64,000 nucleotides of DNA from Sphagnum compactum (Eukaryota): assembly GCA_965153455.1 (NCBI GenBank), contig OZ234493.1, positions 16,544,213 through 16,608,212 on the forward strand. The letters are read 5' to 3'. Both the position numbers and the translations under genes were made by a program. How positions within the stretch are numbered: the stretch's first letter is position 1; each line of letters starts with the position of its first letter. Of the stretch, positions 1-11,755 are shown piece by piece. A model generated the notes under the pieces. That model saw only the letters and a list, made by a program, of their open reading frames with translations, searched no databases and was not told the origin of the DNA.

Positions 1-1074
1 AAATCACCAACCAGAAAATCAACAATGGATATCAAATATTGAGAGCAAAGACATCAAGTTGCAACACGGTTGCGAGGAACATTGATGCTCAAAAAGAAAG
101 TTCTTTTGGTGGAGTGGGATGCTAGAAATCAACCAATCTGAATACCACACTCTTGACCTCTGTTTCTGAATGCAAATGGTGCTACTTTCAGAAATGTTCC
201 TACTTTCTTTCTTCTCAAATTTCCAATGATCTCCAATGCAATTAGCAAAGGTGTAAACATCTCCAATGATCTCCAATGCACTTAGCACAGGGGCATTAAA
301 TGAAAACCTCCCCCAACCCACTTAACTCTAAACCCTAGAACATGAACCCTCAACCAGTTATAAAAAATATACAAAATGTAAGATAAATCCAAGTATCCCC
401 TACACCTCCAATAACCAAAAATAAATATTTAAAGGCTAGAACCCACCCACTCCGGAAGAAAAGCAAACCCTTTCCCACTCCACCTATTAAGACCCCTAGA
501 ATCCCACCCCCTCCCCCCCTCCACGAAAAAAATAAAAATAAAATCGTGACCCTCCTAAACCCCCTAGCCCATCCATCCTTCAGGAAAGAAAAAACCGGAC
601 CCAAATCCCCTCACCCACCCTCCAAATCCCAAAAAAGCCTCCCCCAACACCCTCGCCTCCCCTCCGCAATCCAAAAGTTGATATTTTCAACTTCTTAGAC
701 TGTCCACCTATTCAAGCCAGTCTTGGACTGTCCACCCTATTTTAAGCCAGTTACATGCGCACCCACCACAGTCAGGGTGACTTTATGGACCACTGGGACT
801 CAAGGCGAAAAATTTAATAGGGTATGACACACCCTGTGAAACTCCTGCTGAATTTACCGATTTCTTTAATGTATGCCCAACACCACTACAGGCATGAGCA
901 GCGAGCATGTGATGAAGATTCAACAGCTCACATGACAGCAAACCATTTCTGTTGCCTTAGTATATTGTATGTATGGCAAAGGCAAGTTCTCAAATGGGCC
1001 ACTTTACTTTGGGAGCACTTCAATGGGCCGATAAGTCTTCTTGGCTGACAAACGATCAATTCAGAGGGTCCAGC

Positions 1075-1419
1075 CAGTGTTTCTTTTTCTCAATTTCTCA
1101 TGTCACATCAAAACTGGCGATCAGCCACAAGGGGATGTAGTCAGGTATGGTTACAAGACAAATAAAAAAGTAAAAATTATGGCAATCTTATTACATGTTG
1201 GCAAACCAATAAAACCTATTAACCAAATATGGGGATTTCACAAAAAGAAAGCTAGAAATCTGCCCAAGTCTTTCAAAAAAATTTGGCTATTTCATAACTC
1301 TCTTCTTCCTGAAAATGTTACAATTGTTTTAGGATTTTTCCAAAAAGTTCCCCTGACCATCTTGCTTGGGAGTTTCATCTATAGCAAAATGGCGAATTTC
1401 AGCAACTAAAATTTCACTG
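1075..1419. mobile_element. Non-autonomous hAT-like MITE
   Basis: Ends CAGTG...CACTG, flanked by a near-perfect 8-bp target-site duplication (ggtccagc 1067-1074 / gttccagc 1420-1427). Related internal motifs recur near 3200-3460, 15370-15441, 18440-18700, 19190-19440 and 58200-58330. Confidence 0.65.
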
Positions 1420-3743
1420 GTTCCAGCTCTAACAACCCCAATTATATCTGCTGACTCAGGTTGTGCATTATCAAACAATGACCAAATACATCAATTTTGT
1501 ACGCCTGAAAAGCACCGGTCACAGGAAAATATTCAAGTCTAAAACCTACACATGCTCAATTTTGGGGCCAAGCACCAACATGGGGCACGTGCCATGACTT
1601 TATGGTAAATGAAATTATGAACAATGTTTCCCAGCAGGTAATGAGGGGAGAAAAAGCTACACAGAGCAAAGAGTTGATATATTCTATATAAGAGGAAAGT
1701 TCTGACTAAGGACCAGCCTCACTTTTCTTTGCTGACACATGGACGGTGCAATCCATCAATGACCACTTGCATCCATTATCTTGTAGCCAGAAAAATCAGT
1801 GATCACAGGAAGTTGCAGGTCTAGTACTCACGCACAGACTGCATCGCTTTATTAAAGACTTCCAATCTTGAGCAATGTGAAAGCACAAGACGACAAGAGA
1901 AAAGACAGAAAAGCATCCAGCTGCAATAATATATTCCTGAGTAAAGTTCTGAGCAGGTAGCACAGAAAACTTTAACCAGCCTAAATTATGGCACACAGTA
2001 TGCACCATCCTAGAAGGACCACTTGGATCCTTTCTCTCAACCTCTAATCAGAACCACCCTTCCAAGATGTTCGCTAGACGGGCATAAATGCAAGGAGTCC
2101 AACGGACTAATACTCCCTTGGCTCAAATTTGCACCCGGGAGTTTGCTACAAATTTATATCAAGGTTGGTTCCCTTGTTGCGCTATTGCCGTCAATCTCCT
2201 CGCATATGTTTGTATGGCTTTGTGGCTCAATGCAACAACAAGAAAAGTGTTCATCATCCAATCACCACGTGCGAATGCTTTTCACATATCATCACGTCTT
2301 TTATGTCAAACTTGGTATTTCTCAAACATCAAATCTTTGGTTCCATGTCCTTGAACACATTAGTAATGTTATGAATATTTGACCTCAAGTAACGATTGTA
2401 TAATGATTCAAATTTGCACAAAGGCTCATCTACCATGATTTTCTATTAAGGTGGGTTAACTTGATGTTTTTCTTGATTGCCGTAGTGTTCACATGCATAT
2501 CATTGGGCTAGCAACCAACGCAAAACGACAACAAAAACTATCAAAGGTCATTTGAACATCACATCTTTTGCAATTTCTCAAAACTTGTAGGTATGTGTTT
2601 CACACAAAAACTTTTTAGCATCTTGAACTCAATATGTCTTGCAACGTCAAAATTAAGTTTGTGTTCTTATTCAAGGATATGAAAGGTATGAAGGTTGTGA
2701 TGAATGGAATGAGTGAATAATTAAAACATGAATACGATATTTTAAGGTTTCAAATGATATTATATTGAAAAGTTTAATTTGAACAAAAGTGGGACTTGCA
2801 TAAGCTAGTTACTCCAAATAGTTTTGCAACAATTAAAAGTTATGAATTTCCCATAAATAGAGTACTACAATAGTAACGTTTGCCAAGGAAAGAATCCCAT
2901 TCTACAACAATAATGTTAGACAAGGTTTGTGCATATGCATGTAAATATGCACGTGATGGAGTTGTGCAACAATATTGTTCAACAATGATCAAGTTTGTCA
3001 TTCAAATCACATTGAAATGGAATATCAACATGAGAACTAACTACATCAATGCATGTTCTAAATGATTCAATAATTTGTTCTTTGTAATTTATCATTTGTC
3101 CATTTATGTTTGGACCAAATCAATTTTGTAAACATTGACAAGGGAATGGGAAGAGAAATTTCAATAATAAGACATGAGACAAAATAATGATCAATCAATG
3201 TTTTGGGCAAAAATCACCAAAAGGCAACACAAGTTTTTACATACATATTATTTTGTTGCAAATTCCTTTTTTTGGATTTTTTTTGGCCTAAAAGTGATTT
3301 TAAAATATTTTTAGGGTGAAAGCATTGTTACACCTATGCCTATTAATTCCAAATTTTTAGAGTTCCTTGAAATAATGTTGTTAGTTAAATCAAATCTTGC
3401 CTAGGGATGCTTGTCACCTTAGCTCCATCGAGAAATGGAAAATATATATATTGATTTGGACGCACATCTTTTATCTACATTTACTGAATTGAACAAATTG
3501 CATAATGTAATGAAATGTTTATTACCAAATCACATTCTTTAAACTAAATGGAATAATCATCAATGATAAGAATCATGTGCTAATCATTGTGTAAGTAATG
3601 ATTACATTTCAATTTTATGTGAAAGTAAGATGACATAGGTTTGGTGGAATATCCCAAAAAAAAATCTCTATCACAATTATTTTGTTTCATGTTCAATATA
3701 TATATATATTCAATTATTTCATGTTCTTGACAAATGAAATGTG

Positions 3744-3800
3744 TATGAAAAAACCATGGAAGACCTTTACAAGGCTAGTGTTCATGAATTAAACAATGGA
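3744..3800 (+). pseudogene. Isolated degenerate TPR unit upstream of the main array
   Basis: tatgaaaaaaccatggaagacctttacaaggctagtgttcatgaattaaacaatg translates YEKTMEDLYKASVHELNN, matching the array consensus YQGALEDLDKADVLEPNN. Confidence 0.65.
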
Positions 3801-3819
3801 ATCATTTAAATAACACAAA

Positions 3820-4346
3820 ATCAAGGGAGCACCGAAATCCAATATAGACCATGTAGTTGGTTGCATAGGTAATCTTGGTCTGCCTACATGAGGGCGGCCT
3901 TTAAAGAGAGGGCTCACGCTATGGAAATTCCAGAAGAAATCCTGCAGGCTCTGTTTACCATGTACGCAGAAGGAAACGATGCGCCCCTAGATTTTCTTTT
4001 TGTTTGCTGTGTGCTCTCGTTTAACCGTCTTGGTCTTGAGAGAAGGCCTCGCACAGCTTCTTGTCGCATAAATTTAGGCGTGGGCTTGAGGTTTTTTATT
4101 TGAAATCCTCTAGGGTCCAAAATTCATAGCAAAATGGTCGCAGGAAGAAAACCGAGAGGAATGTTAAATGACCTGGCCTCCCTGACTTGACCTTCCAGTT
4201 ATGCTCCTGCAGCTCTACCGGTTCCCCTCGGTTTCCTTGTTGTTGGAATTTTCCTGTATGCTTTCGTGCAAGTAAAAAATAAATATATATTTTTTGCGGG
4301 CCGATCCCGTGATTGCGTCTTCGACTCTTGCCTGGTTCGGCAGGTT
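3820..4346 (-). other. Foreign GC/CpG-richer insertion (block A) inside the TPR array; possible 5' part of a group II intron (organelle-derived?)
   Basis: Abrupt composition change between TPR remnants on both sides. Minus strand reads ATGCGACAAGAAG from 4069, one change from the IIB-type GTGCGACA start. 3878-3910 is 32/33 identical to 39294-39326 in the block that carries domain V. Boundaries are approximate. Confidence 0.5.
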
Positions 4347-6313
4347 TATGTGGAAAATGTGAAAAAAAACGTTGAAACATTATCAAGTAGCCTTGGAAGA
4401 CCTTGACAAACATGATGTTATTAAATCAAGCATCGCAAATATTTTAAGGATTTTTATTAACAAACAGGTGTTGAATAATTATGAAAGAGCTTTCAAGGAC
4501 CTTGACAAGGTTCATGTTTTTGAACTAAACAATGCATTCACTTTGAAAACTTATGGAAAATGTCAAATATATGTTGCATGATTATCAAGGAGTAGCCTTG
4601 GAAAATATTCACAAGACTCATCTTCTTGACTCAAACAATGCATGCACTTTGAGAATTTTTGAACATGTTGGATGATTATTAAGAAGCCTTGGAAGACCTT
4701 GACAAGGTTGATGTTCTTGAACCAAACAATGCATTCCCTTTGAGGACTTGTGAATATGTCAAAAGGATGTTCCATGATTATCAAGGAGCCTTGAAGGACC
4801 TTGACAAGGTTCATGTTCTTGAACTAAACAATGCATCCACTTTGAATAGTCGTGAAAGAGTGAGATATATGTTGAATGATTATTAAAGACCTTTGGATGA
4901 CCTTAACAAGGTTCATGTTGTTGAACTAAACAATGCATTCACTTTGCAAATTCGTGGAGAGGTCAAAAAGATATTACATGATTCTCAAGGAGCCTTGAAG
5001 GACTTTGATAAGGTTGATGTTTTTGAACCAAATAATGCATTCACTTTGCAGACTCGTGGAGAGGTCAAAAGGATGTCGGTGATTATCAAGGAGCTTTGGA
5101 GGAGTTCGACAAGGTTAATGTTCTTGACCAAAACAATGCAATCACTTTGAGGACTCATGGAAATGTAAAAGGGATGTCACATGACTATTAAGGAGCCTTG
5201 GAGGACATTGACAAGGTTGATATTGTTCAACCAAACAATGCACTCATTTTGCGAACTTCTTGTAAGGTCAAAAAGATGTTTGATGACTATTAAGGAGCCT
5301 TGGACGACATTCACAAAGCTGATGTTCTTGAGCCAAACAATGCAACCACATTGAAGATTCGTGGAGATGTTAAAAAGATGTTGCATCACTATCAAGGAGC
5401 CTTGGAGGACTTTCACAACGTTGATGTTCTTGAACCAAACAATGCACTCATTTTGATTATTCATGCAGAGGTCAAAAAGATGTTGGATGACTATCAAGGA
5501 GCTTTACAAGACCTTGACAAGGCTGATGTTTTTGAACCAAACGATGCATTCACTTTGAGTGTTCGTGGAGATGTCAAAAGGATGCTAAATGACTATCAAG
5601 GAGCCTTGGAAGACCTTGACAAGGCTGATATCCTTGAACCAAACAATGCATTCACTTTGAGGAGCCGTGGAGATGTCAAAAGGATGCTACATGACTATCA
5701 AGGAGCCTTGCAGGACCTTGACAAAGCTGATGTTCTTGACCCAAACGATGCATTCACTTTGAATGTTCGTGGAGTTGTCAAAAGGATGCTACTTGACTAT
5801 CAAGGAGCCTTACAAGACCTTGACAAGGTTGATGTTCTTGAACCAAACGATGCATTCACTTTGAGTGTTCGTGGAGATGTCAAAAGGAAGCTGGATGATT
5901 ATCAAGAAGCCTTGGAAGACCTTCACAAGGCTGATGTTCTTGAACCAAACGATGCATTCGCTTTGACTGTTCGTGGAGATGTCAAAAGGAAGCTAGATGA
6001 CTATCAAGGAGCCTTGGAAGACCTTGACAAGGCTGATGTTCTTGAACCAAAGGATGCATTCACTTTGAGTGTTCTTGGAGATGTCAAAAGGAGGCTAAAT
6101 GACTATCAAGGAGCCTTGCAAGACCTTGACAAAGCTAATGTTCTTGAACCAAACGATGCATTCACTTTGAGAAGTCGTGGAGATGTCAAAAGGATGTTAG
6201 TTGACTATCAAGGAGCCTTGCAAGACCTTGACAAGGCTGATGTTCTTGAACCAAACGATGCATTCACTTTGAATGTTCGTGGAGCTGTCAAAAGGAAGTT
6301 GTATGATTATTAA
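4347..6313 (+). pseudogene. 5' portion of the TPR array, disconnected from the kinase ORF by stops and frameshifts
   Basis: Frameshifts in 4347-5190. TAA replaces the Gln codon of DYQ at 4680, 4884, 5189, 5291 and 6311. Units between 5294 and 6310 are otherwise intact and in frame with the downstream ORF. Confidence 0.75.
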
Positions 6314-8605
6314 GGAGCCTTGCAAGACCTTGACAAGGCTGATGTTCTTGAACCAAACGATGCATTCACTTTGAGTGTTCGTGGAAATGTCAAAAGGATG
6401 CTACTTGATTATCAAGGAGCCCTGCAAGACCTTGACAAGGCTGATGTTCTTGAACCAAAGGATGCATTCACTTTGAATGTTCGTGGAGATGTCAAAAGGA
6501 AGCTAGATGACTATCAAGGAGCCTTGGAAGACCTTGACAAGGCTCATGCTCTTGAACCAAATGATGCATTCACTTTGAGTGTTCGTGGAGATGTCAAAAG
6601 GAAGCTACTTGACTATCAAGGAGCCTTGCAAGACCTTTACAAAGCTTATGTTCTTGAATCAAACGATGCATTCACTTTGAAGAGTCGTGGAGATGTCAAA
6701 AGGATGTTAGTTGACTATCAAGGAGCCTTGGAAGACCTTGACAAGGCTGATGTTCTTGAACCAAACGATGCATTCACTTTGACCGTTCGTGGAGCTGTCA
6801 AAAGGAAGCTCGATGACTATCAAGGAGCCTTGGAACACCTTGACAAGGCTTATGTTCTTGAACCAAACGATGCATTCACTTTGAGTGTTCGTGGAGATGT
6901 CAAAAGGAAGCTCGATGACTATCAAGGAGCCTTGCAAGACCTTGACAAAGCTGATGTTCTTGAACCAAACGATGCATTCACTTTGAATGTTCGTGGAGAT
7001 GTCAAAAGGAAGCTAGATGACTATCAAGGAGCCTTGCAAGACCTTGACAAGGCTGATGTTCTTGAACCAAACGATGCATTCACTTTGAGTGTTCGTGGAG
7101 ATGTCAAAAGGAAGCTAGATGACTATCAAGGAGCCTTGGAAGACCTTGACAAAGCTAATGTTCTTGAACCAAACGATGCATTCACTTTGAGTGTTCGTGG
7201 AGATGTCAAAAAGAAGTTGGATGACTATCAAGGAGCCTTGGAAGACCTTCAGAAAGCTTATGTTTTTGAACCAAATGATGCATTCACTTTGAGGAGTCGT
7301 GGAGATGTCAAAAGGAAGTTGTATGACTATCAAGGAGCTTCGGAAGACCTTGACAAGGCTGATGTTCTTGAACCAAATGATGCATTCATTTTGAGTGTTC
7401 GTGGAGATGTCAAAAGGAAGCTACTTGAGTATCAAGGAGCATTGCAAGACCTTGACAAAGCTGATGTTCTTGAACCAAACGATGCATTCACTTTGAAGAG
7501 TCGTGGAGATGTCAAAAGGATGTTAGTTGACTATCAAGGAGCCTTGGAAGACCTTGACATGGCTGATGTTTTCGAACTAAACGATGCATTCACTTTGAAT
7601 GTTCGTGGAGCTGTCAAAAAAAAGTTGTATGATTATCAAGGAGCCTTGCAAGACCTTGACAAGGCTGATGTTCTTGAACCAAACGATGCATTCACTTTGA
7701 GTGTTCGTGGAGATGTCAAAAGGAAGCTACTTGACTATCAAGGAGCCTTGCAAGACCTTGACAAGGCTTATGTTCTTGAACCAAACGATGCATTCACTTT
7801 GAATGTTCGTGGAGATGTCAAAAGGAAGCTACTTGACTATCAAAGAGCCTTGCAAGACCTTGAGAAGGCTTATGTTCTTGAACCAAACGATGCATTCACT
7901 TTGAGTGTTCGTGGAGATGTCAAAAGGAAGCTCGAGGACTATCAAGGAGCCTTGGAAGACCTTGACAAGGCTTATGTTCTTGAACCCAACGATGCATTCA
8001 CTTTGAAGGCTCGTGGACATGTCAAAATAGTGTTATATGACGATCAAGGAGCCTTGGAAGACCTTGACAAGGCTTATGTTCTTGAACCAAATGATGCATT
8101 CACTTTGATGAATCGTGGAGTTGTCAAAAAAATGTTGCATGACTATCAAGGAGCCTTGCAAGACCTTGACAAGGCTGATGTTCTTGAACCAAACGATGCA
8201 TTCACTCTGAAGACTCGTGGAGATGTCAAAAGAATGCTACATGACTATCAAGGAGCCTTGGAAGACCTTGACAAGGCTAATGATCTTGAACCAGACAATG
8301 CATTCACTTTGAGGTTTCGTGCAGTTGTCAAAATCATGTTGCATGACTATCAAGAAGCCTTGGAAGACCTTGACAAGGCTGATGTTCTTGAACCAAACGA
8401 TGCATTCATTTTGAAGACTCGTGGATATGTCAAAAAGGAGTTGGATGACTATCAAGGAGCCTTGGAGGACCTTCACAATGCTAATGTTCTTGAACCAAAC
8501 GATGAATTCATTTTATCAGATTATGCCCACACGAATTGGAGTTTAAACAAATATCAAGCGGCATTGGAAGCCATGGATAAACTTCTTTTTATCAATCCAA
8601 ATGAT
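4347..8605 (+). repeat. Tandem array of ~102-bp units encoding 34-aa TPR motifs (~41-42 units)
   Basis: Consensus AFTLSVRGDVKRKLDDYQGALEDLDKADVLEPND has canonical TPR G8, Y17, A20, L24, A27, P32. Exactly 31 x 102 bp without indels from 5342 to 8503, a divergent capping unit at 8504-8605, and ~9-10 degenerate units at 4347-5341. Confidence 0.97.
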
Positions 8606-9187
8606 GATTTTATATTACGAGTTCGAAAATGGTTGAAATGGATGTTGGATGTATATCAACCCACAATAGAATTGTTGCCATTCAAATCAAATATTCAATC
8701 TTTTCCATACAATGAATTGAATCGTGGAAGAATATTGGGGAAAGGAATCTCTAGTAAAGTGTATCAAGGTTGTTGGAAAAACACCGAGATTGTGATTAAA
8801 GTTTTGGAATGGAGTGGCGACCATAATGAAGGTGCAAAAAGATTTTTCATATCAGAAGTGAACACCTTGGGATCAATTCAACATAACAATTTGGTTCGTC
8901 TTAAGGGCTATTGTATCGAAGGTCTACAACACATGGTGGTGTATGAATACATTTCAAATTCATCTCTTGACAAATGGCTCTCTGAAAATAAGATTTTGGA
9001 TTGGGATAAACGAATATGCATCATTATAGGGGTTGCTCAAGGATTGGCACACTTGCATCATAAATGTGATCCAGTTATTCTTCATCTTGACATCAAACCA
9101 CAAAATATCCTTTTGGATAAGGATTACACCCCAAAATTGGCTGATTTTGGGTCGGCAAAATTTTTAAATGGCCGGGATGAAAATGTG
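6398..9187 (+). CDS. TPR-array/protein kinase fusion, exon 1 (~21 TPRs + kinase subdomains I-VII)
   Basis: First in-frame ATG after the 6311 stop is at 6398 (true start uncertain). TPRs run directly into LGKGISSKVY, IVIK, FISEV, HNNLVRLKGYC, HLDIKPQNILLD and ADFG. Donor GTG|GTATGT at 9188. Confidence 0.88.
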
Positions 9188-9576
9188 GTATGTTCCCCAC
9201 CTTTTTTTTTGTTGATTAAGTGCATGGCATTATATTTTAGTGGAATTATGAACCTTGCAAATTTGAACACTCTTGTGGGCCACAATTTATTAATTTTATA
9301 TTTTCATTATTGTAGGTCATGGAATAAATATGATAAACAATCACAATTTAAAATGAATATTTGAAAAACACTTAATGTAATAATTCATATTACAATTTTT
9401 TTTTATGTGTGCACAAGTAATGACACAAGGATTGCAACTTTTGTTATTAAAAAAAAATCAAATTCCCTATTGGTATTAGACTATCTTGGGTGTGGGTTTT
9501 ATGAACTTCAACATTTATATTCAATGCATGCAATGCCCATTGAAATTATTGATTTTTAAAAAAAAATTACATTCAG

Positions 9577-9888
9577 ATTGCATTAGCATCAACTTCTACG
9601 CCAGGAACAATCGGATATATGGCACCAGAAATTCATTTAAATCAAGCATCGACAAAAAGTGATGTGTACAGCTTTGGAGTATTGTTGATTCAAATTGTGA
9701 ATGGATCACCATTGACTTTAGATGGAAAGAAAGTTCACATTCGCGACTTCATCCGATGGGTACGAAAGGTTCATGAAAAAGAAAATGGATTTCAACAAAT
9801 TTTTGATGTTGCAATCAATAATTCAATTGCCGGGTTTGATCAAAATGAAGCCAAATCACTTTTGCAAATTTCCCTTCAATGCATCAAG
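9577..9888 (+). CDS. TPR-kinase exon 2 (subdomains VIII-X)
   Basis: Acceptor ttcAG at 9575-9576, phase 0. Translates IALASTSTPGTIGYMAPE...KSDVYSFGVLL...ISLQCIK. Donor AAG|GTAAAT at 9889. Confidence 0.9.
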
Positions 9889-9967
9889 GTAAATTTTGTG
9901 CCAAACCTTTTATTTTATCAAAAACCTAAAATCATGGATTCGATGTAATATTTGAAACAATATGAAA

Positions 9968-11408
9968 CACTAATAAAAATCTTGTAGTTTATAACCATTC
10001 CTTGTGCAACTATGTGTGACTAAATGTTGCCTATGACAATGAATGGTTGCCTTTGAGACTAATTTTCAAATTTGGATGGATTTTGGTCTTCTTTTCAACT
10101 AGGTTGCAACTATGATCTATTTCTTCTTTCTGAAAGGTTGATTTTTCATAATGTCTTTGTTTTTTTTACAACATCATATATATATATTTAGTTGAACATG
10201 CAACCAAAATAGTTACATTATAGATACATAAAGTACATATGCTACTTAGTAGCTACACATATAGATTATTTAATAATACATACTTATCTATATGTATATA
10301 CCTACCTATTGAATGCCTACCTACCTAATTACCTACCTACCTATTTAATTACTAGGTACCCACATATGTACCATATACCTACCTATGTATTATTTATCTA
10401 CCTAACTACCTAGTTATTTACTAGGTACTTACATATATACCTATGCACCCATTAGCTACCTATAAGGCCTATTTAATTATAAATATTTATTTAGGGACTA
10501 TTTAAACAAGTATTTTAAATAATTAATTAATTATAAAAATTTAAATTTTTACTTAAAATAAATATTATCTAAATAGGTATCTAGTAAAAACTTATGCTAC
10601 CTAGTAGGTAGACTATGTAATAGTATGTGTTAGGGAATAGTTGCAACTAGGCTACAATTATGCGACTAAGAGCTACAACTAAAATTTTATCCCATATTGT
10701 TTGTCTTTTATTTCAAATTTACAAACTGTATAAGTAGGTTGGTTTGGTGTAGTAAACACATTCAATTTTTTCAATTGCCATATGGGAAGAGCTAATCACA
10801 TAAGCTCGACCCAATAGGCTACACTTAAAATAAAATTTGATTTTGTTGTAAAAATTTAGACCTAGACCTACCTACCTACCTACCTAAGTTAGACCATGGC
10901 TAGGTGGCCTAGGTGCCACATGGCCTATTGTAAATGGCCTAATTTGAAATTAGGTTAGGTACATTAAACACTTAATTAGGCTAGGTGGCCTAACCTAGGC
11001 CTAGCTTAGGTGCCAAATGGCCTATCATAAGTGGTCCAACCTTAAATTAACCCTAAATGATTATAATCTTAAGTTGCCACGTGGTTCAATCTTAGGCCAC
11101 CACATGGCAAAATATAGTTGTTTTAATTGGATAGTTGAAAAAAATTCAAATGATGCCACATGTTACATTCTTAAGCTATCATGTGTGAACATATTGGTGT
11201 ACATTGTAGTTGTAAGTGTAGTTGCAAGAACTCATCCTTGGATACATGTATAAAATCACCATACGTGTATTCTATGAAAAAAAAAATTTCATCCGTTGTT
11301 TGCAACTAGCATCATTTGTAATTGGTCGTTTGCTACTAGGCTGACTTTTAGTCGCAAACGTTGTTTGTGACTAGAATTTAGTTGCAAATTGCACTTTTTC
11401 TACTAGTG
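9968..11408. mobile_element. Non-autonomous CACTA (En/Spm) element in intron 2 of the TPR-kinase gene
   Basis: Left end CACTAATAAAAAT; right end tttttctactagtg (reverse complement CACTAGTAGAAAAA). 3-bp AAA on both sides. Subterminal gttgcaact repeats and internal cctacctac/cctaggc simple repeats. Confidence 0.75.
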
Positions 11409-11755
11409 AAATAAGTTAAATTGGATTGTTTAATGAATGTAAAACTTCTTTAAAAGGTTTGCACATGCAAATGGTACATTCAATTTCACTTGGAATTCGT
11501 TTAAACCATTTGCATGATTGATATGTAAAGTCAATTTGAGTATCCTAGTTTCAAATAACATAAAATTATGTTGTTGAATACATATATAAGTTGGTTTCAA
11601 CACTCCTTTTTTAAGGATATATGTTCAAATTATGTCATGAAAATTGAGACATGAGCATATGGTCTTATTTATTGAAGCATTTTGCCATGGTTTGATTGTA
11701 ATGTATAACAATTACATAATGAACATCTAACTTTTATGACATTTGTTTCTTATAG

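Noticed and set aside
1-760. C-rich tract and short tandem duplications (221-290, 693-752)
   Set aside because: Probably a transposon end cut by the window edge; cannot be classified.
3888-4103. 71-aa ORF starting within the shared 33-mer
   Set aside because: No recognisable homology, and the second copy of the 33-mer does not continue it.
6311-6313. Stop corrected by U-to-C RNA editing
   Set aside because: Reverse editing is established for organellar transcripts of some plant lineages, not nuclear mRNA; C>T mutation is simpler. A cDNA comparison would settle it.
4563-8476. Repetitive minus-strand ORFs (QSECIVWFKNISLVKV...)
   Set aside because: Antisense shadows of the TPR array.
5342-8503. 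TAL-effector-like 34-aa repeats
   Set aside because: Length matches, but the sequence follows the TPR consensus and has no LTPxQVVAIAS motif.
9188-9364. C-terminal tail of the 1014-aa ORF (VCSPPFFLL...)
   Set aside because: Read-through into intron 1; the kinase continues at 9577.
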